NCBI GenBank assembly: GCA_002633005.1
Contig: NMRA01000096.1
Coordinates: forward strand, 823,691 to 887,690
Length of the DNA: 64,000 bases
Direction: 5' to 3'
Source: Phoronis australis
Taxonomy: Eukaryota; Animalia; Phoronida
Made by a program: the position numbers and the translations under genes. Every line of letters begins with the position of its first letter. Within the stretch, counting starts at the first letter, position 1. The notes under the pieces are model-generated. The model was not told the DNA's origin. It saw only the letters and a program-made list of their open reading frames with translations, and made no database searches. Below, piece by piece: positions 13,001 through 28,000 of the stretch.

Positions 13001-16000
13001 GCCAATTTAGGACACAATAAGACCGACATGTGAAATTTCTTTCCTCATTTTTCCAAGAAAGACATGTAACACCAAATTGAATAATTTTCCATGTTCAACT
13101 TTTGCACCACAGCTACCATCAAACAAAGTTTTGAAAATTTGTGTGCATTCACAACAATGTTAGAAACCCTTGAAAAACGAAAAAAAGGCATTTTTGCAAT
13201 TACACATTAATGTCTATATGGATACATGAGATGTAAGACAACTGGGTCCTAAGGATGCATTCAAGCTAAAAGCATGCTCAACCACCTGTCAAGTCAACTT
13301 ATCACTTTCCACTGTTTAAACATTATTGCTCCATAGACCAATTAACAGATGATTTTTTATGCTATACAAAAGCTCAGCAACTGTATACCTTATTCTGGTA
13401 CAGACCAAAATTATTTAGGGAGTCAACCATGTCACAGCATAAACCACCACGGCTTTTTTACTAAGTTTTAAAAGTAAGACATGAACTAAACACACCCTTA
13501 CCCAGCACTGCGACAGCTACGACTAAGAGAGGGTATAGGGTACTTTCCGTAAATAACCAGTAACTATGTCGACCCCATGGTAACAACGCCCATACACAGC
13601 ACTGACATTCATTCCCTTCACTGTAATTGCTAGAACAACACACAGGAAACTCCTCAAAAGCACGGAACAACGCTGCTTAATGACCTGGTGGGTGGCTCAC
13701 ACAGTGTCAAGCCTCCTTCGGACAATTACTTAGCAACTGTCTTCAACGCTACTGGTCGGACCAAGGCCATGTAATAACAAAAAACCCTATGGCAAAATCT
13801 CACCAAATTAGGACGCTATATGGCCGACAAGTGAAATCTTATTCGCCACAAAATATGATATGCAGGACCACATTAACCCTTTTTCATGCTCAAGCGCTGT
13901 ACCACTGACAGATATCAATATACAAAATTTTGAATAACTGTGGACAATTTTAGAATTCACTAAAAAATGAAAAAGAGCAATTTTGGCAATTATCTGTGTT
14001 TGAAATTAGTACAATTTTATTGTAAAGTGAATGACATGGCAGAGTTGAAAACCTAATTTTTGCAGCTGCTTCAAAAGAAGTGTTTCTAGTAATGCAACAT
14101 ACACATGACTAAATTAGTGAATCACAAGTTCTTTTCATCTTGCAACTGGTTGAACGAATCAAGTGAATGCTGAACCACTGTTCTTCAGTAAGCAAGACAG
14201 AGTTTGTCAGTTGTGGCGAGTCTTGAGTTAAAATTCAATGCATACAATGAATGTTTAGACTCATTCACCACTCTCTCATAGGGGGCGTACCACACGCTCG
14301 GGTGGGTATTTACCCTCCCAGGAATCGCCTCGATCAGATATGTCTAGTTTGGGTGGATATTCTCTGCTCTTTCAAACTTCTTCAGTGGGTAGACTGGCTT
14401 TGTAATGTTAATGGTATTGACTTGTATTTGTCAGTGATAGCGGTAACGATTTCCTTGCCATTTGATATTGTTTTGCAGAATCCAATTACGCCGGTTTTGC
14501 GTTGGCCATGATTTGCGGTGTCCAGTTGCACCCTCCAAACCATTATTAGGCAGGGATCTTCCCACTGGTTTACGAAATACATGTGAAATTCATGAAATAA
14601 TGTGTTCAGTTCGTTTGTAATAGTATTAGTCAGTAAGTGTATACATAAATGAATCACTTGCAAAAGTAATTTATCACTATAAATTGTACACACTTAAAAA
14701 GAGTTCCACCCACTCTGCTATTCTTAGACAAAACTTTGCAATTGAAGAAGCAATGCATGATCTATTCTTATACTTAGTACTTTATCAGAATGGTTATGTG
14801 TACATAGACAGCAATAAATTATCATTCCAATAAAAATTTGTATCTTTCAAAATGAGCCAAGTTAAGGCATGAATAATGTCAAAAATAACCAAACTTTCTT
14901 GAATATCATTACTTGTTCATTATTTATATTTGTTCTTCACACAAGAAAGATTTTCACCAAGTTTTCAATAACAAGTCAAAATATTCATAATTAGTACATG
15001 ACTACAGTTACTAAACCTGTTTAAAATAAATAATATAAATTTGACTGCTATTTGTAACAGAGACATTTGGCACAGCAGAAAACCGATTCGTTTTCTTAAC
15101 TCGCTTTGATATGTAAAGATCAAAAGAATGCAAACAAAACTGATAGTTCCGATATTTAAACGCTGCTAATTCCAGCCAATCAGGACACGATGAAATGTAA
15201 ACATTGCAATCGTCTTTTATCTCGTTCCACAAACACTCGTTGCAAACAGATCATTTTTTAATGAGCTTTCAACACTGACAGTGCCAACCAATGATATCTG
15301 GACAAGGAACAAGAAAAAGCGCTAGCAAGACGTACAAGCACGAGGCATACCTCACCATTTGCTCAAATAGAGGCCCAGGAATATACATCAGAATAAACAA
15401 GCCGAACAGAAATCGAAATAAATTTACCTCCCTAAACTCTAGCAAACATGTTCTTCCGAATTAGGTTAACAATTAAATACGTGAATGATGACATAAATTA
15501 CTTACGGAAACGTACCTCGTCAATAAGACTAGTGTATTATTATTACGACGCACCAGAACATCAGTGTCCACCAAATGAACTATAGGCTGTTTAATCTCGT
15601 GAAGACAATTTGTCCTCATCATCAGTTGTGTTATAGAATATCTTACCAAAGCGTCTAATCAAGTACCTGAGCTTCAAGAACAGTACAACACAGATTGGCC
15701 AAGCTGGATGACAGGACCAGACATTTGAATGAGGCTCAGTAGGTGTATAAAATGTCCAACAATTAATGAATCAACTCAGACTTGAAATCGTGGATATACC
15801 TGTGTTTAACAATAAAATTTTCTAACAGGGTCTTTCATGATTGAGTAGCTCTATAAGGACAACTGTTTCTCGGTGAAACATTATTGGAAATGCACCAGAA
15901 AAGAATCTATTGTAGCATGTGTTCTCCAGATTTCCGACATAATTGCTTTATGCTTTTTTCAAGAAAACAACAGTAGCCAAGACGAGAGTGGCCTAAGAGT

Positions 16001-19000
16001 TGTTTGTCAGAACTATTCACTGTCCTACCGGTATTCAAACTCCAACACAAAATCTCAGTAATAACAAGTACTTTTCACTAATTAGTTTAAAGATCTTCAA
16101 AATAGAATGAGGCAATGATTATAGATAACTATGTTGAATCTTTACTCACAAAGTACACGAAACCTACAACATGAAACGAAAAAAAGCTTAAAGCTGTTTT
16201 CTAGATGATCATTAAATCATAACATTAGACTTTTAACAAAGCATTATTCATTGATGTCTCAGTTGTGATCTGTTCTCGTTCAGACTTTAGTGTGAATAAA
16301 TGCTTTAGTGTGAACACGTGCTTTAGTGTGAACACGTGCTTTAGTGTGAACACGTGCTTTAGTGTGAACACGTGCTTTAGTGTGAACACGTGCTTTAGTG
16401 TGAACACGTGCTTTAGTGTGAACACGTGCTTTAGTGTGAACACGTGCTTTAGTGTGANNNNNNNNNNNNNNNNNNNNNNNNNNNNNNNNNNNNNNNNNNN
16501 NNNNNNNNNNNNNNNNNNNNNNNNNNNNNNNNNNNNNNNNNNNNNNNNNNNNNNNNNNNNNNNNNNNNNNNNNNNNNNNNNNNNNNNNNNNNNNNNNNNN
16601 NNNNNNNNNNNNNNNNNNNNNNNNNNNNNNNNNNNNNNNNNNNNNNNNNNNNNNNNNNNNNNNNNNNNNNNNNNNNNNNNNNNNNNNNNNNNNNNNNNNN
16701 NNNNNNNNNNNNNNNNNNNNNNNNNNNNNNNNNNNNNNNNNNNNNNNNNNNNNNNNNNNNNNNNNNNNNNNNNNNNNNNNNNNNNNNNNNNNNNNNNNNN
16801 NNNNNNNNNNNNNNNNNNNNNNNNNNNNNNNNNNNNNNNNNNNNNNNNNNNNNNNNNNNNNNNNNNNNNNNNNNNNNNNGTGAACGCGTGATTTAGTGTG
16901 AACGCGTGATTTAGTGTGAACGCGTGCTTTAGTGTGAACGCGTGCTTTAGTGTGAACGCGTGCTTTAGTGTGAACGCGTGATTTAGAGTGAACGCGTGAT
17001 TTAGTGTGAACGCGTGATTTAGTGTGAACGCTTGATTTATAGTGAATACGTGATTTAGTGTGAATACGTGATTTAGTGTGACTATGTGCTAAGGATGTAA
17101 ATATAACTAATAATGGAAATTATGTTAATTTTATTGAAAACGCAACTTTGCAGTTCTCTTGCAAGGTCAGCTACTGACCGAGGAGGGGAACTGGTTTGTC
17201 ACAGCTGGGGTCACGTGACAAGTGACTTGGGAGACGCCTCATGACTATGCACGCGTTCCGTAGAGGCGAGAATCTTGTGAAAACGCAAGAATTCCTGAGA
17301 TATTGCCACGTATTACAAGCAAAGCAGAAGATCACGCTAGCTTCCATAGCAAGATTCTTGTGTCTGCAAAACTCTACCCTGGTCTCGACATAAAGTGTGT
17401 TAAAACAGAGTCCACTGTGTATGTTAAGGGATGGTTTTCCAATTCGCTATTGGACTGTTTCCTTCACTCCTCTCCTCAACCAATCAGAGTCGCTATCTAG
17501 TATTTGAACATCTCCCATAAAACAATGGTGATCTGAGTTGTCAAAGCGAGTACATACCAACATGTTGTATGGATGCCCATAACTGAGCCGACTACGTGGG
17601 GCGTAGTGAAATATCAGAATAATGCTTCAATAGGTTTCATTATATTTCCCAGAATACTAAATTTCTTAATATGTTGAAATAATAATGCGTTTTTCTGGAT
17701 TTTGAGCAGCTCAAATTTAAGTGTCTTGGCTTCTACACAATAAGTTTTCTTCTGATCAAGTGTTCATTTCCATGATAAAAATTCATTTGCAATTATAACG
17801 TTATGAGTTAATTTAGCATAAAGATAATTAAAAAGTGCAAAATCAACATTTTTATCTAATTAAATAATCTGTTGTTTTAAGTATAAAAAAGTGTATTATA
17901 AGTTATTGTTGTAAACAATGACTGCTTTTATTACAACTTCTTGGCAAACTGTGTAGAGCCCCCTTCAAGATGTATTTGCATGCTCTTAACTATGCTAACA
18001 CATAGCAGGAACTAAATAATGCTATTTTAACATAATCTATGCAAAACAAAGTGCAGTTGTATTTGTTGACGACTTGTTAATGTGAAAAAGAAATCTGCAA
18101 ATAGGTGAGCTTTGCGCTAACGACGTACCTCGTCAGCCCACATAACCCGCACCATGCAGGGTTGCTCCCCAACTTCTCGTGACGATACTAACTGGACACG
18201 GTTTAGTGATTTGTGGCGGGTCATTTTCACTACAAATCTTGTTCTTAAAAACATTTGACAACTTTCAAGCTACTTCACATTCACATCTTCGCTATATGTT
18301 GTGTATCAAACTAATTTGGCCAAGCAACGACAGAGATATAGAAGTAGCCTGCTCGTTCCACTTTTTAAAGTTAAAAAGCTTGTCTGATGGGGCCTCGACA
18401 CGGGGGATCCCGACTCGTGCCCTAGAAACTTCACTTCGGTTAGTGTGACGCTTTTTGTCATAGGGAACACCAGCCATATATAACAGCAAAAATTTGGTTT
18501 TATTTGAATATTTTTGCCTTCTTAGTCACTAAACTCGAGTCTGGCAATTAAATGCTCAACTTTTAATTTGCAAACTACCTAGCTTTTGTCATCCTTAGTA
18601 TTTTGTTCACGTGACGAAGATCATTTTCAAAATTCACACATTATTTTGGTCCCTTGATGAGAATTATTACGAGCTTCACAGGTTATTTATGGTCCCAGAT
18701 AATTGTACTGAGGCCGTGTCATGGAGTACTGGGTGTAATTAGTTACATAACCCACTGATAATTTATAATAAGCCAAAAGTGTGTGTCTACAGCTAACAGT
18801 TCAGATGGAGACAATTTCACAATAACAAGATAAGAACTTAGGCAATTTGGAACTGATAGTTTCAACTGAAGTTTTTTCAGAACTAAAAACTAGTCATAAT
18901 ATTTATGGACAGGTGAAAGTCTAAGCCATGGCAAGAGGTTCAGCTGCCAATGACAGCAGCAGCAGTTCTCTCGTGACAGATGCACACGTTTGCACAAAAA

Positions 19001-22000
19001 TTACGATTTTTATTGAGACCCACCCCAGGAGTTAATGTAAATGGAGGAAACGTGGTCATGAAATGCCCCTTTAAGAGATATGCACCAAAGGGAATAAATG
19101 CCTCAGTTTAACAAGCCAGTTACCCTGAGGTCTCAGTTGTAGAATGAATAATCCAGGCACAACTAACACAATGAAAATGATAATGACCAACCTGTTGTCA
19201 CGGGAACGCCGTGAGCCAAACAGTTCTTCCTCATTTTGGTAGTTTTCGGTTGAGGTAGACGTTGCCAATGATGACAAGCTAGAGTAGGAATCTTCCGCAC
19301 CGCTGTAACACAGAATTACAAATTCATCAATAGAGGTCACTAGTGACGTCTGTCTTCTGCAACAAGGTTCTTTGCTCTCCACAACAGAAAATTCATACTC
19401 AATGGAAAGTACAAAATTCATCTCCATATTCGAACATCCATGTCAATATCGTGAGAGGTTTGTAGGTGTAGCAATGGAGTTGATCACTGAACTGGTGCCA
19501 AAAGTTCAAATTAATTTAAAAAACGACTAATCTCCCAAAAGCTCAAAACTTGTACCATCAATCTTGAAACTAGAAGCAAGCGAGTCAAATTCATCAAGGC
19601 AATTTTCACGAGTCAAACAGGTTGTGAAGAACACAATGGACCCATTGCTTTACATTTACTGCAGTATATTTTTAACTGAACAAACACTACAATGACACAC
19701 CTCTTCCAATCATTCTAAACCATACTGAAAAGTACGACCGCGCCACATGAGCAATGGCGTATTTAAAGAGACATTGTTGGTTTTACGGATGAAAAACACA
19801 TTTTGAGGACTACTGTTACAGGCTTTGACCATAGCTATAAAACCACAAAAAATCTGTTGTTTTTGTGATTTCATTATAAATTGCCCATTCTCGCTGCCGT
19901 CTGCCAGAAAATCGTGAAATCAAGACCAGTGACTGTGCCACTTAAATACATTTAAATTGCTGTCATTTATCTTTTTGGGGTTTTGCACATCAACAGAACA
20001 TGAGGTTGTGACTGAGGGGGTTGCAATTTCGATTCCACACAGAGGCTGATTTATGAAGATCTTTTTCTCACTGACAACGTCCCTTTAATACCCTCTCAAT
20101 TGTGACAGGAACTCTCTTACAGCATCCTAGATCCCCAAAGACATATACTAACGAGGAACGATTTCAAATTTGAAATATAGAAGTACATATGACCTTNGGC
20201 GGGTCATTTTCACTACAAATCTTGTTCTTAAAAACATTTGACAACTTTCAAGCTACTTCACATTCACATCTTCGCTATATGTTGTGTATCAAACTAATTT
20301 GGCCAAGCAACGACAGAGATATAGAAGTAGCCTGCTCGTTCCACTTTTTAAAGTTAAAAAGCTTGTCTGATGAGGCCTCGACACGGGGGATCCCGACTCG
20401 TGCCCTAGTAACTTCACTTCGGTTAGTGTCATTGGGAACACTAGCCATATATAACAGCAAAAATTTGGTTTTATTTGAATATTTTCGCCTTCTTAGTCAC
20501 TAAACTCGAGTCTGGCAATTAAATGCTCAACTTTTAATTTGCTAACTACCTAGCTTTTGCCATCCTTAGTATTTTGTTCACGTGACGAAGATCATTTTCA
20601 AAATTCACACATTATTTTGGTCCCTTGATGAGAATTATTATGAGCTTCACAGGTTATTTATGGTCCCAGATAATTGCACTGAGGCCGTGTCATGGAGTAC
20701 TGGGTGTAATTAGTTACATAACCCACTGATAATTTATAATTAGCCAAACTCAATGTGTGTGTCTACAGCTAACGGTTCAGATGGAGACAATTCCGCAATA
20801 ACAAGATAAGACCTTAGGCAATTTGGAACTGATAGTTTCAACTGAAGTTTTTTGAGAACTAAAAACTAGTCAGAATATTTATGGACAGGTGAAGGTCTAA
20901 GCCATGGCAAGAGGTTCAGCTGCCAATGACAGCAGCCAGCAGTTCTCTCCTGAGAGATGCACACGTTTGCACAAAAATTACGATTTTTATTAAGACCCAC
21001 CCCAGGAGGAAACGTGGTCATGAAATGACCTACCTGTTGTCACGGGAACGCCGTGAGCCAAACAGTTCTTCCTCATTTTGGTAGTTTTCGGTTGAGGTAG
21101 ACGTAGCTAATGACGACAAGCTAGAGTAGGAATCTTCCGCACCGCTGTAACACAGAATTACAAATTTATCAAGAGAGGTCACCAGTGACGTCTGTCTTCT
21201 GCAACAAGGTTCTTTGCTCTCCACAACAGAAAATTCATACTCAATGGAAAGTACAAAATTCATCTCCATATTCGAACGTCCATGTCAATATCATGAGAGG
21301 TTTGTAGTTGTAGCCATGGAGTTGGTCACTGAACTGGTGCCAAAAGTTCAAATTTATTTAAAAAACGACTAATCTCCCAAAAGCTCAAAACTTGTACCAT
21401 CAATCTTGAAACTAGGAGCAAGCGAGTCAAATTCATCAAGGCAATTTTCACGAGTCAAACAGGTTGTGAAGAACACAGTGGTCCCATTGCTTTACATTTA
21501 CTGCAGTACATTTACATTTACTGCAGTACATTTACATTTACTGCAGTACATTTACATTTACTGCAGTACATTTACATTTACTGCAGTACATTTACAGTTA
21601 CTGCAGTATATTTTTAACTGAACTAACATTACAATGACACACCTCTTCCAATCATTCTAAACAATACTGATAATTACGACCACGCCACATGAGCAATGGC
21701 GTATTTAAAGAGACATCGTTGGTTTTACGGCTGAAAAACACATTTTGAGGACTACTGTTACAGGCTTTGACCATAGCTATAAAACCACAAAAAATGTGTT
21801 GTTTTTGTGATTTCATTATAAATTGCTCATTCTCGCTGCCGTCTGCAAGAAAATCATGAAATCAAGACCAGTGACTGTGCCACTTAAATAGATTTAAATT
21901 GCTGTCATTTATCTTTTTGGGGTTTTGAACATCAACAGAACATGAGGTTGTGACTGAGGGGGTTGCAATTTCAATTCAACACAGAGGCTGATTTATGAAG

Positions 22001-25000
22001 ATCTTTTTCTCACTGACAACGTCCCTTTAATACCCTCTCAATTGTGACAGGAACTCTCTTACAGCATCCTAGATCCCCAAAGACATATACTAACGATGAA
22101 CGATTTCAAATTTGAAATATAGAAGTACATATGACCTTGTTTCCATGGTCACGACCAACGTCTCTTACCGTCGTGGCAGTCCATCCCCTAACGGTGGTAT
22201 CACTACCACTTTGACAGTCACCGAGGTCCTCAGTAAATCCACAATCTGATCCTGACTCAGAGTAACCGTGGCCACTTTGCAAATCTCTACCAGCCGGCTA
22301 CCCTGCCGCAGACCTGCCTGCCAAGCGAAGCCATATGGCTCAACCTCGGAAACCAGACCCTCGTGTATCACGTGGAATCCAAGCTGTCCCAGCTGGTTCC
22401 GCCGCAGAGTCATTTCAACACTCTGTAACAATACATGTGAGCGATATCATAAATCAACAACAAGTCTTCACTTAATGGACACAAAACTTGCCCAAGGTTG
22501 ACTACCTTGTAGTAAACAATGAAACTTAACCAAATGGTGTTTATTTGATAATGCCACAGTACAAACCAAACTAATAAAAGACTAAAATTTTCTTAATCTT
22601 TACTATTTGTAGAGAAAACAAAACATAACAAAACAAACAATTTCATGTTTTGCCATATTGTTTGCTAAACTGATATATTGTTAAGTATTAGAGTAAAACT
22701 GAAATACTTGTTGAATACTTTTCTTTATAAAACTGCTCTTAAGAGATATGTTGCGTTTCTTAATTAAGAGGAACTAAACAAGAATCATCTTCATTAAAGC
22801 TAAAAGTCTGCAGTGTTAACTTATTGGCCAGTCTTTAATCACAAAAGCAATACGTATTACTTTTTATAAAAGCAATACAGCGGAGCCCACTTCAAGTCAT
22901 ACTGGATAATAAAATATCCTGGTTATAGTCACGAACGGTAAAAAATAGATCACTTCCTATTAAACCCATTTAAAAAAACCAGCATAATGTCATCATTTAT
23001 TGTGACATCCTCAAACATTGCCATTAAAAATCAGCAAAATCTATTTTCATACACTTCTTAGCATATGTACCTTTTGCTTTACTACATGAAAACTAAAACC
23101 TAATTCATCTTCAATTCAACTGCCTTCCAGAATCTCAGCACCAGAAAAAATTTAGTTGTTTCCTGTTTAGCTATCACACTCTCAGGCTCTCCAATATTAA
23201 CACAATCAGCTCATCAGTTTGGTTAGAGTCACCGAAACGTCAGAACCCACTTAGTTGAATATCGTACTTTTTATCATAATTTACATCAAAACTGAGGGTA
23301 CGACTCCATATTACCAAAATTAAATATTTTACCTAAATGACCCATTTCGAGCAAGCTGTATGTGAGACTTAGTATTTGGTTGACCCAACAGAGCGCGCTA
23401 CCTACCTCACAGCCTTGTGTCACTGTCGTCAGTCTACTAGTGATTTCCTGAATATCGTCAACTTCAGCGTGGCTGGTCTTCATCACAATATACTCACCAC
23501 GGCCGTAGTACAAACGCAAGCTGTCAAAGATAAATGTTCAAACTTGAGCGTGAAACAATGGAACGCAGACAGAATCAAGTCATTCATAAATATTTCTTTC
23601 AGGATACTATTATCAAAGTTAGCTGTTCTTGGTAAGCAATAAAAATAAATGTATTTGTAACTTTGTGCAAGTCAACAGGCAAGACGTCAGTTTTTCAAAA
23701 GCTAGCTTTGATTCCCCCAAACATGTACATTGAAAAAAAGTTCAGTAAATGTATTCAAAGCTATGCTTTCTTGGTTGTCATTTCATGTACGTCTGGCTGT
23801 AGGCTGTATCAGTATAAAAATCAACTGAATACTCGTTGGTGTAGACATTGTCTACATGAGGTTGAAGTTGGATTTTGGAGCGTAATCACAGAAAAATAAA
23901 TAGCATTTATTGTGACCTGAAATGAAACATAAAATTTCAACAACACTAAAATGTCGGACATCAAGTACACCCTATACACCAGTTCATCAAAATGACACAG
24001 TCCTGGGTCTAATCTATGTATTTGAAACTCGACTGGATAATTGATCAATCAAATAGCATGCTTCCAATAAATTTTAAAAATTTAAGTTCCGAGTCTGAGT
24101 CGAGTAAGAGTTTGGAGATCAAACGACATATTCATACAAACACTGACAACTAAAAAACGACTAGAACTGATTGCATTGGGTGCCTGCCTTTGCCAATTAA
24201 CTGCATGTATTCCACACGGAAGTACCTGTTAGTCTGTGAGGACCAGCCAATGATAGACTTGCACGGTGTAGTGAAGACAACCTCTCCGCTCTCCTCCTCA
24301 ATAACGACCACAGTCTGGGAGGATATGCCGAGGAAACAGGTGATCTTACAAGATTGACTAAAGTCCTCTACCTATAACATGAATAGTAATACCATTCAGT
24401 TCTAACATAACACATGTCGCACCTCAGGTTTTATATAACACAATCATCAAGTGCTGACCAAATATGAGCACTGACAAGATAGAAAGATAAGTTTTCATTG
24501 CTCATATGAATTAATATAAGTTAGATGAGGAGACACCTGGTGGCTACACTGCAAACTAGATAAACAAAACAAAACCTAGCTTGGTGAACTAACATACAAT
24601 TTAAGTGTTACGCATAAGTGACTTATTACCACTGGTGAGTCTTTGTATCACATGAACTATAAGGCCCTCTGAAACCAAGGTAGGTCTCAGCACATTCACG
24701 AAAATGGGAAAAAGGTCAGTTTCTCATTCTAGGTATGTTTGGCCAAAGTTTCTTAAGTGATCAGAACTTCTGAGAAAGACTTTGATCAGACCAATCTTAA
24801 CACAATACCACCAAACAGAGTGAAAGGCTTAATTTGAGTTTCGTTTTTAGTCAGCTAAAGAGGGCGAAATGCATACGTATTCACACAGTTACTAGCACAG
24901 TGCCACCTATTGTCACCATTTACCTGCACTATCCATACAAGAGCACCATTGGCATAAACATCTGGAATGGTTCTACGATTGGCTTTGTCCTTTTTACGTC

Positions 25001-28000
25001 CACTTCCAAAGGATAGCTTGCCTAGAATTGACGAAAAGGCACAGAATAAAAATTTGTTATCGGGAGTCATCAACAAGTTGAGTTATTTCGCCGTATTACG
25101 TGTCGTTGAAACTCAATGAGACATTAACTGATGATTAAACAGTGGGTAAGTATACACTTATGCAGTCATTCTTATAAACACAAACAAAGCACAAACAAGA
25201 GCCAGTGCTACTATAAATCTTCTAAAACATCTTCAGAGCAACATCAATTTCTGTCTTCAGACTATTGCATTGTGATTTCACCATAAATACATAGAAATAT
25301 AACATTTAAAAAATTTGATAACATGCATTGACAAATAAGCACTCAAACTATTGCAATGCAGAACAGTTTCGCTGGCTTACCAAATTTATTTCCCGAGTCT
25401 AGACTCGTTGACGTTACATAGTTGAACGCTAGGTCTTTAAGATATTCCTGCCGAGTTCGTGTGGCCATCGCCTTGAACTTCTCCGATTTATGGGCTGCGT
25501 TTTCCCCGTTGATTACTAGGGAGATTAAAGCAAAGAGATTATTTGACCAACATTATCTCCCCTGATTACAGTAAACAGAACATAAAAGTGTTTGTCTGTT
25601 GTCAATATGATTAATACTCCACATAAAGAAACTTGTCTGTAGGAGTCCATGAAATCAACACAAGGAGCTGTCATGGTCTGCTGGCCGTTGTTTTCACAGA
25701 AGGAATAAACTGCACTGCATAAACTTGAAATATGAAATGAAGAGAAAGGATATTTTCTTAGTTTAGAATAAAGTTCAAGGCAAAAGTTATTCAGCTAAGA
25801 CTTGTCATGTGACTACTGGTGCAACTCACATTCCAATCACCTAACAATGCCACATACACAGTGCAATCTTGAATTACTTTTTGACTCCTCCAAACAATTT
25901 AAAACTTGTATAATAGACAGATCTAAATTGAATGACTCTAGTATTAAAATATTACATTTTGCTAAGGATATCTCAAACCATATTCACAAAAATTAGCTGT
26001 TTTTGCAATATTTCACATATGTCTAGCAAAATACCTTATCTTCATTCTTGGGGAACTTCAAATACTAATCGAAAATTCCTAACAACATTTTTTGAGGAAA
26101 CTGGTGAAGTTTTTGTTTCAAAAATGCTTCACTTAAATCTACTGAGGGGTTATTTTGCTATGGATGTACCTTTCTTGAAAATGAAATTTTGACTTAAAAA
26201 AGGTGTTAACGTATATAAAACATATTTTTATAATCCCTGATAATTTTCTTTCGGAAAATGCATACTTTTACTAGTTGACAAAGCCTGTTTTTTGATATAC
26301 GAGTTAGAATGGAAACCACTAAATAAGATTTGAGATAACCTTTAAACACTTGCTGCAGGAGCAGTCATTAAAGTACAATAGAAGTTTAATTCCCATCCTG
26401 CCATTTTGTGAATGGCTCCAATTAAGTATTTCTCACCTTTGGTGAGCAAGAAACTGACAAATTCGGGGGATTTCTTGAACCTGTAGCTTTCAGGTATTGA
26501 CGGACCAAACGGAGGGACATCTTTTGATCGCGCTACAGCCACACTGAAACAGAAAACGGACACTTTCACTAAAGTTTGACCACAAGAATCGCAACCTAAA
26601 AACAATTAAGCATAAAGTAAACAACTTGTTTGACTGAATTCTCCATGGACATAGCTAGGCACATAACTGCTGTCAACAAACCTACAGAGAACAGCAGTGG
26701 TTCTCTGGCTACTTTAAGCCATGATAACTTTTTCAGATTAATCGATTGGTTTATTTAAATAATGATTGATCATAAAAGTAATACAATACAATACAATACA
26801 ATACAATATAATACAAGACACTGCACAAAGACAGACAAGGATACACAATGAAAGCAATGATGGCAAATAAGACAATAGACAATCAATGCATGGATGTCAA
26901 AAAAAAAACGGAGTTACTTATTTCCATCTTGGTCTGTGACATGAGCACAATGTGCATGCCAAGAAAAACAAACATTGCTGATGCACCACGACTCAAGCCA
27001 CTACTCTCGTTTCCGAAAAATTTAAGGTAAATAAAGCAAAGTTGGTTTTGGTCTCTAACCAGACTCATTGAGATAAAAAAAAACCGCCATATCAATTTCA
27101 GCCAAGGTCTCGTGGTTTTTTGAGAAGCTGTACAAAGGGACATTTGAAAGGCCATGACTGGCCAAGTGATGAATAACAAATAAAATTACTGCATCATTTT
27201 TGGTAGTCTCAGTGAGTTTTCTCTTTGTTTGAAAAAGTGACTAATCAAAAATACTATCACAAAATCAACTTGATTTTCAAAAACAAAACAGTGGCCATAA
27301 CAAACTGCTTTCTCATTGATGCTCCTGACTATTTTGTATTTTATCTCTCCTCTAAGTTGGCTATAGATTCTTCATCGTTGCTGTCTTTCCGTCAATGCAG
27401 TTCAACCACGGAGGAGATTTTCCTGGAAACGAATCCTCTTCCAATCCTACCTGTAGCGCACGTGTTCCGTTCCAGGATTATGAACGCGGACGATGATGAA
27501 GACATGCTGGAAGTGGGACCGCACCATCTTGGGCGTGAATGGCAGAGAGTCGGGCTCTTGAAAGACTATGGTGACAATGTCGTTACCAATGTGTCGCTTC
27601 CTTAACAACTGAAAAGTGGACAACAGATAACGTAACGAGGAAATCCCATTGTCAGAATGTCTGCAATCTAAACCAACCTGTAACAAAGGGACGTAAATAT
27701 TTTTCAGAGCATCCAAAACAAGATTGTTTCCACACACACTAATTAATATTCATCATCAAAATGAGAGTTGTAAAATCTAAGACACATTCATGCATCAATG
27801 CACTTGCTGGCATTGAATTCTCCAGTTTCTCAATTGTGTCAAACTTTTTTTTAAAATTAACCTTCCTTGAAGCTTCATGTTCAGAGTTTTTTAATTATAG
27901 AGTTTGCCGCAGTGAAATATACAAAAACTCTGATTAAGGACTGTACACACTTATCATGATCTGTACTTCATTTTTAAAGCAGTCAGCCAAATAAACTAAA

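Larger units (their letters stand above)
18215..22138. repeat. ~2-kb tandem duplication (18215-20196 / 20198-22138), probable uncollapsed haplotypes
   Basis: Near-identical copies with SNPs and indels, separated by exactly one N at 20197. Confidence 0.92.

Noticed and set aside
16225-16891. Repetitive ORFs (FTLKHV)n and (FSVNTC)n
   Set aside because: Translations of an 18-bp minisatellite running into Ns; not a gene, and not CRISPR since there are no spacers.
18129-18191. Exon-like segment (ccag..GAG|GTACGT) on the minus strand
   Set aside because: In the required phase 2 it hits an immediate TAG; the open frame is incompatible with the flanking exons.
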